Assembly: GCA_016699915.1 (NCBI GenBank)
Contig: CP064990.1
Coordinates: 644,456-708,455, forward strand
Direction: 5' to 3'
DNA length: 64,000 nt
Origin: Neisseriales bacterium
GTDB taxonomy: Bacteria > Pseudomonadota > Gammaproteobacteria > Burkholderiales > Q3-R57-64
The position numbers and the translations under genes were made by a program. Positions within the stretch are counted from its first letter, which is position 1. The number at the start of each line of letters is the position of its first letter. Shown here one piece after another: positions 50,428 through 61,055 of this stretch. The notes below the pieces were generated by a model. The model did not search any database, was not told the DNA's origin, and worked only from the letters and a program-made list of their open reading frames with translations.

Positions 50428-51399
50428 TTAACCGCCTAATGCTGACATGAACCGCACAATTTTAGTCGGTTCTTCAATAAATTCATGCCGCTCTGGTTTT
50501 TGCCAAATGGCGTGATAAATGGCCTCAGTTAGCACTTCATCATCATGGTTTTCTAAAATTGGCTTAAGTGGCAATGCACTATTTTGTCCTAAGCAGGAAT
50601 AGAGCACACCATCAACTGATAAGCGGACACGATTACAAGACGCGCAAAAATGTTGTGAAATCGGTGTAATAATGCCAATAGTAAATTGACCATCCGAGGT
50701 TCTCCAATAACGAGCAGGTCCCCCACCTAATTCTTGCGTCAAAGGCACCAACTGATAACGTGCTTTTAAATGCTCTAAAATAGGTTGGAGGTTAACAAAA
50801 CCAGCGCTTCTACCTGACTGTCCAACAGGCATTGCTTCAATCAACCGCAGGATAAAACCTTCTTGTATACAAAAATCTGCCATGGATTCAATATCACCAT
50901 CATTCACGCCAGCGAGTACGACCATATTTAATTTGATCGGAGAAAACCCAACGGTTTTGGCTACCATCAAGCCATCCATTACTTGCTGTAAACTGTCTGA
51001 ACCCGTAATTTGCTGCATGCAATCACGACGCAATGAATCAATACTGACATTCAGTCGTTTGACGCCAGCCATGTAAAGTGGCTTGGCAAACCTAACCAGT
51101 TGTGTCGCATTGGTCGTCAATGATAAATCCGTTAAACCGGGTAATGTGGCAAGTTGCTTGGCTAATTCGGGCAAATTACGTCGCAATAGCGGCTCGCCAC
51201 CCGTGATGCGGACATGATCAACACCTAGGCGAACAAAAGCGCCCACAACCCTTGCTATTTGATCAAAATTTAACCAACGGCTTGGCTCCTTAAAATCCTT
51301 GAAGCGCTTAGGTAAACAATAGGTACAACGCAAATTACACCGATCCATCACCGATAGGCGAAGATAGCGAATTGTTCGATTAAACCGATCTGTTAACAT
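50428..51399 (-). CDS. moaA: GTP 3',8-cyclase (molybdenum cofactor biosynthesis protein A)
   Basis: Radical-SAM motif YLRLSVMDRCNLRCTYC and a C-terminal FCASCNRVRLSVDG cluster. Confidence 0.93.
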   Translation of the reverse strand: MLTDRFNRTIRYLRLSVMDRCNLRCTYCLPKRFKDFKEPSRWLNFDQIARVVGAFVRLGVDHVRITGGEPLLRRNLPELAKQLATLPGLTDLSLTTNATQLVRFAKPLYMAGVKRLNVSIDSLRRDCMQQITGSDSLQQVMDGLMVAKTVGFSPIKLNMVVLAGVNDGDIESMADFCIQEGFILRLIEAMPVGQSGRSAGFVNLQPILEHLKARYQLVPLTQELGGGPARYWRTSDGQFTIGIITPISQHFCASCNRVRLSVDGVLYSCLGQNSALPLKPILENHDDEVLTEAIYHAIWQKPERHEFIEEPTKIVRFMSALGG

Positions 51400-51520
51400 C
51401 TTTGAAAGATTTGCTTTGTATTGAAGTTCATGCTGAATCCCTCAACATCAAGAACCAACCTACCTATTCCATGTAGGTGAAACGCTTCTGCTAAAAAACC
51501 TGATTCTCGCCTTATACGCG

Positions 51521-52036
51521 TTATTCGATCTGCTGACAAGAGGGTAAATCGTCTCGGCGTATATAGTTAACAATATGGTAGATAACACCAGAGCTTGACT
51601 GACCCGACAAACGCTTGCTTTCTTGCCAGTACGCCACATCAAATACAGGAAAAAAAGTATCGCCTGCCACCTGTAAACCAATCTTCGTCAAACAAAGCTC
51701 ATGCGCAAAAGGTAAACTGGCTTCATAAATCTTAGCACCGCCAATAACATAAATAATCGACTCATTTTTAAGTAGATTAAAGGCCTCTTCAACACCATGT
51801 GCTACCTCTACCCCCTTAGAGCGCCAAGTAACTTGGTGCGTTACCACAACATTTTTGCGATTCGGTAGGGGTTTTTCGCCAATTGATTCATAAGTTCTAC
51901 GACCCATAACCACCACTTTACCTGTAGTCGCTGCTTTAAAATGCTTTAAATCTTCAGGTATATGCCAAGGAATATGATTATTCAAACCAATGACATTATT
52001 ATCCGCAATGGCTGCAATTAAGATAATTTTTGTCAT
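51521..52036 (-). CDS. folA: Dihydrofolate reductase
   Basis: [28 protein letters not shown] and [12 protein letters not shown]. Overlaps thyA by 4 nt (ATGA). Confidence 0.93.
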   Translation of the reverse strand: MTKIILIAAIADNNVIGLNNHIPWHIPEDLKHFKAATTGKVVVMGRRTYESIGEKPLPNRKNVVVTHQVTWRSKGVEVAHGVEEAFNLLKNESIIYVIGGAKIYEASLPFAHELCLTKIGLQVAGDTFFPVFDVAYWQESKRLSGQSSSGVIYHIVNYIRRDDLPSCQQIE

Positions 52037-52830
52037 ACTGCTACCGTTGCTTTAATCGGTGGGTGCGGGTCATAACCTATTAATTCAATATCTTCATAAC
52101 GAAAAGCAAAAATATCACCGACAGCAGGATTTAAACGAACTTGTGGTAAGGCTTTTGGCGTACGATTTAATTGTTCAGTTGCCTGCATGATATGGTTATC
52201 ATAAAGATGTGCATCACCCAAGGTATGGATAAAATCACCAAGCGCTAAATGACAGACCTGCGCAACCATCATGGTGAGTAAAGCATAACTTGCAATATTG
52301 AACGGAACGCCTAAAAAAATATCTCCTGAGCGCTGGTATAACTGACAGGATAATTGATTGTTCAATACATAAAACTGGAAAAAAGAATGGCAAGGCGGTA
52401 GAGCCATCTGATCTACCAGTGCAGGATTCCAAGCGCAAACTAGGTGTCGCCTTGAATAGGGGTCATGTCGAATCGCATCAATCACGTTGGCGATCTGATC
52501 AATTGATGTACCATCTGGCTTTGGCCAATGTCGCCATTGATAACCATAAACAGGGCCCAATTCACCTTGCTCATCTGCCCACTCGTCCCAAATACGTACG
52601 CCATGTTCACGTAAGTAAGCAATATTAGTCTCACCGCGTAAAAACCATAGCAATTCATGCACAATAGACTTCCAATGACATTTTTTTGTGGTAACGAGTG
52701 GAAACCCTTTTTGTAGGTTAAAGCGCATCTGATAGCCAAAAATCGATCTGGTTCCTGTACCTGTCCGATCAGGTTTTTTAACGCCATGCATCAATACATG
52801 CTGCATTAAATCAAGATAAACTCGCATCAA
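52033..52830 (-). CDS. thyA: Thymidylate synthase
   Basis: [39 protein letters not shown] and ends ...VAV. Confidence 0.96.
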   Translation of the reverse strand: MMRVYLDLMQHVLMHGVKKPDRTGTGTRSIFGYQMRFNLQKGFPLVTTKKCHWKSIVHELLWFLRGETNIAYLREHGVRIWDEWADEQGELGPVYGYQWRHWPKPDGTSIDQIANVIDAIRHDPYSRRHLVCAWNPALVDQMALPPCHSFFQFYVLNNQLSCQLYQRSGDIFLGVPFNIASYALLTMMVAQVCHLALGDFIHTLGDAHLYDNHIMQATEQLNRTPKALPQVRLNPAVGDIFAFRYEDIELIGYDPHPPIKATVAV

Positions 52831-53002
52831 TGGTTATCCTTTTTTTCACAAAGCCTAAGCGACAGTCATGAATGCCAGGCTTAAGATCAGTATAAAACAG
52901 CTTCTCAAGAATTGCATCATCATCCCCTATTCTTTTAAAGAAGCTTGACAAGGTAAGGTTCACTCTCTAGAATTCAAACGAGTTGGTGATTAACAGTTCA
53001 AA

Positions 53003-53079
53003 GCACCCGTAGCTCAGTTGGATAGAGTATCTGGCTACGAACCAGAAGGTCGGGCGTTCGAATCGCTCCGGGTGCGCCA
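53003..53079 (+). tRNA. tRNA-Arg (anticodon ACG)
   Basis: GCACCCGTAGCTCAGTTGGATAGAGTATCTGGCTACGAACCAGAAGGTCGGGCGTTCGAATCGCTCCGGGTGCGCCA. Confidence 0.92.
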
Positions 53080-53082
53080 CTT

Positions 53083-53158
53083 GTCCCCATCGTCTAGAGG
53101 CCTAGGACATCGCCTTTTCACGGCGGCAACCGGGGTTCGACTCCCCGTGGGGACGCCA
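53083..53158 (+). tRNA. tRNA-Glu (anticodon UUC)
   Basis: GTCCCCATCGTCTAGAGGCCTAGGACATCGCCTTTTCACGGCGGCAACCGGGGTTCGACTCCCCGTGGGGACGCCA. Starts 3 nt after tRNA-Arg. Confidence 0.92.
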
Positions 53159-53263
53159 CTTTTTGTTCTTAAATTGGCCCGCTCCCTTATTTCAGGGGTG
53201 ACAGTCTCTTGTGCTTGAAAATAAATCATGGCATACTGAACAGTTTTTGGTCTTGATGAAAAC

Positions 53264-54517
53264 GTGCATAACAATATGATGTTGCGTAGTTTTGTAAAAT
53301 ACCTTTCCTCGTCTTCCCTGATCATCTGTGTCATCTTAGGTGGTCTGATCGGGCTTTATATGGGCAAAAGCGCTGAAGTTCTTGCGCCCATTGGCACACT
53401 TTTTGTTAATGTTGTCTTTACGCTCGTTGTACCGCTCATTTGCACCAGCGTCATTCGTGCCATCAGTAGCATGGAAAGCACCAGCCGTTTAGGCAAGGTC
53501 TTCGGCGTATCCATGCTGGTTTTTTTAGTAACCAGCTTACTATCCAGTTTAATTATGGTCGCTATTGTGTTCGCTATTCCGGCGGCACAAAAAATGGATC
53601 TACCCTTTGCGCAAGCAGTCGTTAGTCAATCCAAAAGCTTGGCTGATATTTTAGTGACAATACTCAGTGTTTCGGATTTTGTGAGCTTGCTCAGCCGCAC
53701 CAATATGCTGGCAATGATTATCATCTCAGGTGGCGTTGGCTTTGCCACGCTTTTGTCAGGCAAATCTGGAGAACCCTTTGCCACATTCATTGAATCAGCC
53801 AATACGGTATTAATTCGCTTGAGTCAAATGGTGATGAAAGCCGCTCCCATTGGATTAGGAGCTTATTTTGCAACACTGACTGGTCGCTTTGGGGAAACAC
53901 TCGTAGCACAGTACTTAACAGCAGCGGGCATCTATTGGATATCAGGTATCGTTTACATCTTGATCATGTTTTCGCTTTACGCATGGATCGCTGGTGGTAA
54001 CATAGGTTTTAGACGTTTTTGGGGTGCTATTTCACCAACTGCCATTACCGCTATATCAACTTGCTCAAGCGCCGTATCACTTCCAGCTAATTTACAGTCA
54101 GCCAAAAAAATAGGTGTACCCAATGATATTGTCAATACTTGCATTCCATTGGGAACCAGTATTCATAAACAAGGTGCGGCACGCTGTGGTGTACTTTTTT
54201 CCGCATTTTTATTCGGCGTATTTAACCAAACCATCCATACCCACACCATCTTTTTTGCGCTACTTGCCATAGGTTTACTCGTTAGTGTCATCATGGGAGC
54301 TATGCCTAATGGTGGCGCTATTGTCGAAGTGGTTATCATTAGCATCTTGGGTTTTCCGATTGAATCGTTACCTCTACTCATTGTTTTACACTCCATCGTT
54401 GATCCCCTATCTACCGTTATCAATGCCTGCGGCAATACGGTCAATAGCATGATAATTGCCCGGATTGTTGATGGCAAAGCATGGCTGTCACGACATCGCC
54501 CCTCACCTATTCTCTAA
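53264..54517 (+). CDS. Dicarboxylate/amino acid:cation symporter (DAACS family)
   Basis: 417 aa, polytopic, with CSSAVSLP (the SSxxTLP-type motif) and a GltP/SstT-like arrangement. Confidence 0.7.
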   Translation: MHNNMMLRSFVKYLSSSSLIICVILGGLIGLYMGKSAEVLAPIGTLFVNVVFTLVVPLICTSVIRAISSMESTSRLGKVFGVSMLVFLVTSLLSSLIMVAIVFAIPAAQKMDLPFAQAVVSQSKSLADILVTILSVSDFVSLLSRTNMLAMIIISGGVGFATLLSGKSGEPFATFIESANTVLIRLSQMVMKAAPIGLGAYFATLTGRFGETLVAQYLTAAGIYWISGIVYILIMFSLYAWIAGGNIGFRRFWGAISPTAITAISTCSSAVSLPANLQSAKKIGVPNDIVNTCIPLGTSIHKQGAARCGVLFSAFLFGVFNQTIHTHTIFFALLAIGLLVSVIMGAMPNGGAIVEVVIISILGFPIESLPLLIVLHSIVDPLSTVINACGNTVNSMIIARIVDGKAWLSRHRPSPIL

Positions 54518-54588
54518 GTAGTACGTCTTGCTCAGCTTAAAGCGTTTTTAATGTCGGTTTTTGCATACGATGTTTTTAAAAGGAATTT

Positions 54589-55902
54589 ATGATGAATGCT
54601 GCACTCGTAGCGATTCTCGTCATGTTAACTTTGGCGTTATGTCGCATTCATGTCATTATCAGCTTGCTTTTAGGTTGTATCATCGGTGGCGTCTTAGGTA
54701 ATTTGTCTATTGAAGCCATCATTAAGGCTTTTAATGGCGGTATATCCAATGGGGCACCGATCGCTTTAGCTTATATCTTGTTGGGCGCTTTTTCGATCGC
54801 CATTGACCGCTCGGGATTACCGCAGGCGTTTTCAGATTGGATCACCAAACAAATCACCCTAAACACTGCCAAAACTCACTTAAAGTGGGGTCTTATCAGT
54901 TTACTTATTTTGGTCAGCATTGCATCGCAAAACTTAGTACCCGTACACATTGCTTTTATCCCTATTTTGATCCCGCCTTTACTTTATATCATGAGTCAAT
55001 TAAACATTGATCGGCGTGCTATTGCATGTGTACTATCTTTCGGATTAGTAGCTCCTTACATGTTTTTACCTATTGGTTTTGGTAGTATTTTTTTAAATCA
55101 AATCCTCCTCGGTAACATAGCAAAATTTGGCGCATCGGTTGCTGATATTAATATTATGCAAACCATGGCTCTTCCAGCGCTAGGAATGTTTGTTGGTCTA
55201 ATCATTGCGCTTTTGATTAGTTACCGTAAACCAAGACATTATGCTGTTGAAATTAACCGGGCTTCACTCACCAAAAAGCCGCTGCGTCTAAGGGCATTAG
55301 TGATTCCATTAGGCGCTGTAACCGCAGCTTTTATAGTACAAATTTATTCAAATTCGATGATGTTAGGAGCGCTTTTTGGATTTTTGTTATTCATGACAAC
55401 CGGCACCGTGAAATGGAAAGAATCCGATGCAGTATTTACTGAAGGCGTGCAAATGATGGCCATGATCGGCTTTATCATGATCACCGCTCAAGGTTTTGCT
55501 GAAGTCTTACAAGCTACAGGCACAATCAACGACTTAGTCGCTAACGCTGTTCGCCTCTTTGGTGATAATAAAGGCGCTGCTGCTTTGGTGATGTTAGTTA
55601 CTGGGTTATTGGTCACAACAGGTGTAGGTTCATCGTTTTCTGTGGTACCGATTTTGGCAGTTGTGTATGTACCCATTTGTCTTAAGATGGGCTTTTCTCC
55701 AGCAGCAATTGTGGCGTTAGTGGGTACATCTAGTGTATTGGGGGATGCGGGTTCTCCTGTATCGGACTCTGCATTAGGGCCCACGTCTGGGCTGAACGGT
55801 GATGGCTTACACGATCACATTAAAGACACCGTCATTCCAACATTTTTACACTTGAACATACCACTACTGATCGCTGGTTGGATTGCGGTGATGGTTTTAT
55901 AA
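54589..55902 (+). CDS. NhaC-superfamily (YuiF-like) Na+/H+ antiporter-family transporter
   Basis: 437 aa and 11-12 TM segments. The N-terminus (MNAALVAILVMLTLALCRIHVIISLLLGCIIGG) resembles YuiF-type proteins as I recall them. Confidence 0.5.
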   Translation: MMNAALVAILVMLTLALCRIHVIISLLLGCIIGGVLGNLSIEAIIKAFNGGISNGAPIALAYILLGAFSIAIDRSGLPQAFSDWITKQITLNTAKTHLKWGLISLLILVSIASQNLVPVHIAFIPILIPPLLYIMSQLNIDRRAIACVLSFGLVAPYMFLPIGFGSIFLNQILLGNIAKFGASVADINIMQTMALPALGMFVGLIIALLISYRKPRHYAVEINRASLTKKPLRLRALVIPLGAVTAAFIVQIYSNSMMLGALFGFLLFMTTGTVKWKESDAVFTEGVQMMAMIGFIMITAQGFAEVLQATGTINDLVANAVRLFGDNKGAAALVMLVTGLLVTTGVGSSFSVVPILAVVYVPICLKMGFSPAAIVALVGTSSVLGDAGSPVSDSALGPTSGLNGDGLHDHIKDTVIPTFLHLNIPLLIAGWIAVMVL

Positions 55903-56193
55903 GTTACGGTCTTCTAGGTTCGGTGAGATGCATTGTTACGATGGATTAGGAAGCAGTTGACGACATTTGGCGTTAGAGTATGTATAACTTTGCTTTACAA
56001 CTGAAAACGTGGCATGAATACACAAAGCAGCTAAAAGAACGAGTTATTCATTAAAAGGCAGTAAGTTATGACGACAATTATCATATTGTTAATTTTGGAA
56101 GCTGTCTGCTTTATAAAAAAATGCTGTTATTTTCAAACAGTCTAGCGCAACATAAAAAGGCAACCAATGTTGGTATGCTACGAAGTTATCTAT

Positions 56194-57426
56194 TTAACTT
56201 GAGCAATAAGTTAAAAAATTTTGCGCAAGGTTTGAGTAGTCATAGTCTTTCAGCACACAGCGCTTTGCGCGACGACCCATTTTTTCTTTCTCATCCAAAC
56301 TCAAGGCTGTGATGGCTAAAATACCTTGAGCAATTGCCTCAATGTTTTCAGCTTCAACCGTAATACCACATTTTATTTCACTGACAAGATCACGCTTCAA
56401 AGGCGAAGCATGTAAGATAGGTTTAGCTGCCATCATATAGTCAAATAATTTGTTAGGATTTAAACCAAAGCGATAAATGGGTCGGTTTTTCCAACCCAGA
56501 TAACAAGCATCCAATTGTTGCAAGACGTCAGGCACTAGTTTTTTGGGTATAGCTGGATAAAAATAAAGATTCGTGAGCGCTAAGTCCTCAGCTAGGCGCA
56601 TTAAAGCTTTTTTATCAGGACCCTCTCCAACCAACACCACGCCGACCGATGCATCGTTTAATTGTGCGATTGCATGTAAAAGATCATCAAGTGCATTAGC
56701 TAAACCATGGCCACCGATATAGCCTAATAAAAAACGATGGCGTTGTCGTAGGGATGTTAGATCAATAGAGGATTGACTGAAGGAACTTCTTTTGTGGGCT
56801 AGCCATAAATCTCGTGCAACACCATTAGGAACCACGTGATATTTATGAGCCGCCATACCATGTGCCATCATGTAAGTTTTTGCATCAGGTACCATCGAAA
56901 TAACTTGGTCAGCATAGCGGTAAGCAAAATATTGCGCAGACTGTAATAGCCAAACAAAAGGATGAAAACGTGACATCCCACCCACCTCGATGAGCGTTAA
57001 GGGCCATAAATCATGTACTTCATACACTAGTTTAGCGTGAAATCGTTTTGCAATAATTTTGGCTTGAAAAATATCCAATGGATAGGTACTGGATGCAATA
57101 ACGATATTGGGTCGCCAGGCTATACTTTGCAAATGGCGCGTAAAACCTCTCAAGCGATATAAAAAAGTAAAAATATTTCGTGCACGCCGTATGCCATTAT
57201 GCTGGTAAGTGGGCGTTTTACACCAAGTATAACGAATCCCATCAATTAACTGATGCAAAAAACGTCCATTAACAACTGGATTTGTTTGGCGTAAATGGCT
57301 ATAAGCAGCAGCCACGATCCACACTTTATGACCTGCATGGATCCATTCGCGTGCCAAATAATAAGGACGAAACTCCATACCATGCACCATGGAGCCAGCA
57401 TAATGATTGATATAGAGGATATTCAC
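56194..57426 (-). CDS. Glycosyltransferase family 4 (WbuB-like)
   Basis: GT-B fold. N-terminus reads MNILYINHYAG, and the C-terminal half has the EX7E-like region. Confidence 0.75.
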   Translation of the reverse strand: MNILYINHYAGSMVHGMEFRPYYLAREWIHAGHKVWIVAAAYSHLRQTNPVVNGRFLHQLIDGIRYTWCKTPTYQHNGIRRARNIFTFLYRLRGFTRHLQSIAWRPNIVIASSTYPLDIFQAKIIAKRFHAKLVYEVHDLWPLTLIEVGGMSRFHPFVWLLQSAQYFAYRYADQVISMVPDAKTYMMAHGMAAHKYHVVPNGVARDLWLAHKRSSFSQSSIDLTSLRQRHRFLLGYIGGHGLANALDDLLHAIAQLNDASVGVVLVGEGPDKKALMRLAEDLALTNLYFYPAIPKKLVPDVLQQLDACYLGWKNRPIYRFGLNPNKLFDYMMAAKPILHASPLKRDLVSEIKCGITVEAENIEAIAQGILAITALSLDEKEKMGRRAKRCVLKDYDYSNLAQNFLTYCSS

Positions 57427-57432
57427 GGTTGT

Positions 57433-58560
57433 CTACGAATCCGCCACAGATCCAGTTAATTGATCATATAAAGCAAAGAGTTTATGGGATTCCATTTCCC
57501 AATTATATTGCTTTAACACGGCTTGTCGACCCGCATCACCCATAGCTTTAGCCATTTTAGGGTTATCCAATAATTGACGAATCGCCTGTGCAATGGCTTG
57601 CGCATCAGAAGGATCAACCAGTAACCCGCACTGCGCCTGCTCAACAATACTACGCCATAGCGGAAAATCAGACACAATAACTGGTAAACCAACTGCCATA
57701 TATTCGAACAATTTGATTGGCAACGCCAAAAGATGGTTCGGTGTTGGTAAAAGCGTTACGACGCCCACCTTAACACGCATCAATATATTCATGATACCTT
57801 GGCGATTCACTACGCCTAATTCATGCACCCAGCACCAACCCGCTTTCTTCACCAACTGCTCATGAAGCATCGGTTCGCTCCATAGTCCAGCCAATTGCAA
57901 TGGCACCCTCGCCTGATGAATCGCCTCAATCAGTATGTTGATACCCCGAATAGATGAAATGCTTCCTATATAACAGATTTCGTTTTTTCGCTTTGACCAA
58001 GCAACGGGCTTACCCAATTCAGTGAGTAAAGGATAATTGCGAAGTAAAATGGTAGGGTTTTTAATTCGCCTAAAGCGATCCTGAAGATGAAGAGTAGGCA
58101 CGACTAAAGCATCAAAGCGCTTTGCAGCATAATGTTCTAAGTGGATCCATAAATAGGAGCAAGTTGGGCGTATCCACCGTGGAATCCAATATTTGGTCAA
58201 TAGCTGGCGTGGCACATCCTCATGGATGTCGTAAATGACTCGGTACCCTAATTTTTTAAGCCACAACGCCATGATGATCAGTTCTGGGTCATGGAAGTGT
58301 ACTAAACAAGAGCCTAATGAACGAACCGCTTGAAACAAGCGATATATCGTATAAGTCATGCGCATCAAGCGTCCGCCACGAGCAAAACACCCAACATCCA
58401 CAATCGTGACACCCTGACATTGTCCATTACCTTTTCCATCAGCAACGAACAAAGTCACTGCATAACCTGCTCGTGCTAACGTTACGCATTCTTTAGTAAA
58501 GATACGCACATCATTTCTTGGGTGAACAGACGTCACATGCACAACCGTTTTACGTTGCAT
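57433..58560 (-). CDS. Glycosyltransferase family 4
   Basis: GT-B fold, with the C-terminal motif PIKLFEYMAVGLPVIVSD. Confidence 0.8.
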   Translation of the reverse strand: MQRKTVVHVTSVHPRNDVRIFTKECVTLARAGYAVTLFVADGKGNGQCQGVTIVDVGCFARGGRLMRMTYTIYRLFQAVRSLGSCLVHFHDPELIIMALWLKKLGYRVIYDIHEDVPRQLLTKYWIPRWIRPTCSYLWIHLEHYAAKRFDALVVPTLHLQDRFRRIKNPTILLRNYPLLTELGKPVAWSKRKNEICYIGSISSIRGINILIEAIHQARVPLQLAGLWSEPMLHEQLVKKAGWCWVHELGVVNRQGIMNILMRVKVGVVTLLPTPNHLLALPIKLFEYMAVGLPVIVSDFPLWRSIVEQAQCGLLVDPSDAQAIAQAIRQLLDNPKMAKAMGDAGRQAVLKQYNWEMESHKLFALYDQLTGSVADS

Positions 58561-58581
58561 CGTTTGTTCCTTGAGCTCTCA

Positions 58582-59676
58582 TCAAATCGAACAAAGTTCG
58601 TGATAGATAGCTACAAAACGTTGGATAGACTGGCTACGTAAGCCTGAAGCGCGAACGATCTGTCGGTTCATCAAAATTAATCGATCCATTCGTGCACTAT
58701 TTTTGGTCAGCATGATAGCACGCAAGATACTATTCGATAATCCCATTAGGTCAGTATGCGGATGAACAATACCATTTACACCGTCTCGTATCACTTCTAC
58801 ATTACCCGCAATATTCGATACCACCGGAATACAACCATATGCCATTGCCTCCGACAAACTTAGACTCACCGCATCAGAATTGGGCACGCTCACAAAAATA
58901 GCAGCCGATTGATAAAGTTTATTTAACGCTTGTTCGCTAACCATTCCGATAAACTGCACCTGTTTAAGTTGGAGTGCTTGAGCTAAGTTTTTTAGTATAA
59001 CTGTTTGATGACCCTCCCCAGCGATAAGCAGCAGCCAATCTGGATGTACTGCTTCTACCCGCTGCCAAGCACGTAAAATAGCATCAATACGGTAAAGTGG
59101 TTTATGTAAACGATTGGACAAAACATATTGGCGTTTTGAAAAACTCCGATTGGGCATCGAAACACCAAAATTCAGGACAGACAACCTATCTGATTTGAGC
59201 AATAACGGGCTGACAATCCTTGCCATTTCATAAGAAGCTACGGTTACATAATCAACATGCTTTAGATATTTTTTTAAGAGTTGGTATTGCCACCACACGG
59301 ATTTAGCTTGTAAGACATCCGAACCATAGCAAGTTAGTAAGGTCGTAATCTTCATTGCGCTAGTTGCTTGCAACATATGCCAAGCAATGCTGTTGGCTTG
59401 ATGAATATGTAATACTGTTGGTACAGATTGCTTCAATAAATCCGGCCAGTACTGTAAAAGCCAAGCACGAATGCGTTGTGGCAGATTGTATGCTGAAAAA
59501 GTAAATGAAACAGGTAGCTGTGCTTCTAAATTGGCGGGTCGGTAACAAGACGGTATATCACCTCCACCAACGAGCAAAATAGTCTTCACATGAGGGGCAA
59601 TATATCGTAAATATCGCCAAGTATGAATCGAAACAGAACCCGCCAAAATCAGCCGAATGTTCTTTTTGTGCATCAT
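58582..59676 (-). CDS. Glycosyltransferase family 4
   Basis: The C-terminal motif SLSLSEAMAYGCIPVVSN is typical of GT4. Confidence 0.75.
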   Translation of the reverse strand: MMHKKNIRLILAGSVSIHTWRYLRYIAPHVKTILLVGGGDIPSCYRPANLEAQLPVSFTFSAYNLPQRIRAWLLQYWPDLLKQSVPTVLHIHQANSIAWHMLQATSAMKITTLLTCYGSDVLQAKSVWWQYQLLKKYLKHVDYVTVASYEMARIVSPLLLKSDRLSVLNFGVSMPNRSFSKRQYVLSNRLHKPLYRIDAILRAWQRVEAVHPDWLLLIAGEGHQTVILKNLAQALQLKQVQFIGMVSEQALNKLYQSAAIFVSVPNSDAVSLSLSEAMAYGCIPVVSNIAGNVEVIRDGVNGIVHPHTDLMGLSNSILRAIMLTKNSARMDRLILMNRQIVRASGLRSQSIQRFVAIYHELCSI

Positions 59677-59710
59677 GACACAAGAAACAGAAAATGACGG
59701 TAATATATTA

Positions 59711-61003
59711 TCATGTTGGATAGCTCAGTGTTGCCCGTTTGGCCATACGATATAACCATCCTAAATAGCCGATAAAAAAGATACTTTGTAAGGCCGCAAT
59801 GAAATATAAAGCAAGCTGTATATCTTGCCATATAAACCAACCGAACATCAGTCCGCCAACATGTAGCAAACAACTAAGAACGGTGAAATAAAAAGTCACC
59901 TGCTGTTTACCTAATACCAGTGGCAGCATACCCAGTGAAGTCACTAAAAAGTAACCAACCATATAAGGAGAAAATACAGCAGCCATGGCACCTGCCATTC
60001 GCCACACTTCTCCAAACACCCAAACAAATAAAGATTGACCAAAAAATACCAATAGCAAAGCAGGAAACAACGATAAAACACATAAAATACAGAGTAATTT
60101 AAGATAAAAATGCGCAAGATTACCCTGTGTATGGTATAGCGCCGTCATTTCTCGATAAGCAATTTGTGCAATAGCTGTGCCAATCAACATAGCGGGCATA
60201 CGAATAACACGAAGCATTATACCCAATAAGCCAATCATCCATGAACCAGAAAGTATCCCAACCAACATAAAGCATAAAGGATCTTGTAGCCCACCGATGA
60301 AAGTCTGAGGCATCGTAATAATAGGAAACTTAACATACGCTTTGGCTTCCGCTTTCATCCCCGCCCAAGTTGATAATTTCCGCCAAGGAAAGCATTGCAC
60401 CATATCATGCCAGGCATAAGCAATTAATAAAGCCAATTGACCAGTTATATGGCCTATTAATAGCCCTATACCACCCATGCCAAGATAGCCACCCATGATT
60501 TGCGTGATCACCATGACGATAGCCCGAATGATAGGTGCTACAACATTAGTATGATCACGCCGCTGGCGATTGTTCCATTGAAAAAAAACCTGTGAAGCCC
60601 CTGCTAAGAGTAATGCAAGTGGCAACCATAAAAACCAATCAACCATCGCTGGGTCATGTATCCAGCCCGCTAAGATACTGGCTACTACGCTTATTACCAG
60701 CATCAACAATAATCCCATGATGCTGTTAATAACGAGTGCTAAAACCACTAAATTGCTCGCCCTTTTCTCGTTTTCTGGCAACATTAAAGCCAGTTCATAG
60801 CGCCCAGTCATCAGCACGAGTAAATTAGAAAGCCAAGTCGTATAGATTGCAAACTGACCAAAGCTTTCGGGATCATAAAGCTTAGTTAAAATGGGTAAAG
60901 CAATGAAAATTAATGCTTGCCCAATTAAGGCGCCACTCGACATAGCGCCAACTGCGCGCACAAAATACCAAGAAAGGCTTTCAGAAAACATCGAGAAATT
61001 CAT
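59711..61003 (-). CDS. Oligosaccharide flippase (Wzx-type, MOP superfamily)
   Basis: 430 aa and about 12 TM segments. It is embedded between the glycosyltransferase and sugar aminotransferase genes. Confidence 0.65.
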   Translation of the reverse strand: MNFSMFSESLSWYFVRAVGAMSSGALIGQALIFIALPILTKLYDPESFGQFAIYTTWLSNLLVLMTGRYELALMLPENEKRASNLVVLALVINSIMGLLLMLVISVVASILAGWIHDPAMVDWFLWLPLALLLAGASQVFFQWNNRQRRDHTNVVAPIIRAIVMVITQIMGGYLGMGGIGLLIGHITGQLALLIAYAWHDMVQCFPWRKLSTWAGMKAEAKAYVKFPIITMPQTFIGGLQDPLCFMLVGILSGSWMIGLLGIMLRVIRMPAMLIGTAIAQIAYREMTALYHTQGNLAHFYLKLLCILCVLSLFPALLLVFFGQSLFVWVFGEVWRMAGAMAAVFSPYMVGYFLVTSLGMLPLVLGKQQVTFYFTVLSCLLHVGGLMFGWFIWQDIQLALYFIAALQSIFFIGYLGWLYRMAKRATLSYPT

Positions 61004-61055
61004 CGTTACCGATCAACGCTATGAGTCATCGTATGAATAAACCGCTCCAAAAACT

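Noticed and set aside
53018-53334. ORFs of 66 aa (+) and 99 aa (-) over tRNA-Arg/tRNA-Glu, and similarly 30833-31169 over tRNA-Ala
   Set aside because: They overlap tRNA genes and have no coding signal beyond that.
56068-56145. 25-codon hydrophobic mini-ORF (MTTIIILLILEAVCFIKKCCYFQTV) in the gap upstream of the LPS cluster
   Set aside because: It is too short, has no obvious SD, and I cannot check conservation. It is likely chance in AT-rich spacer DNA.
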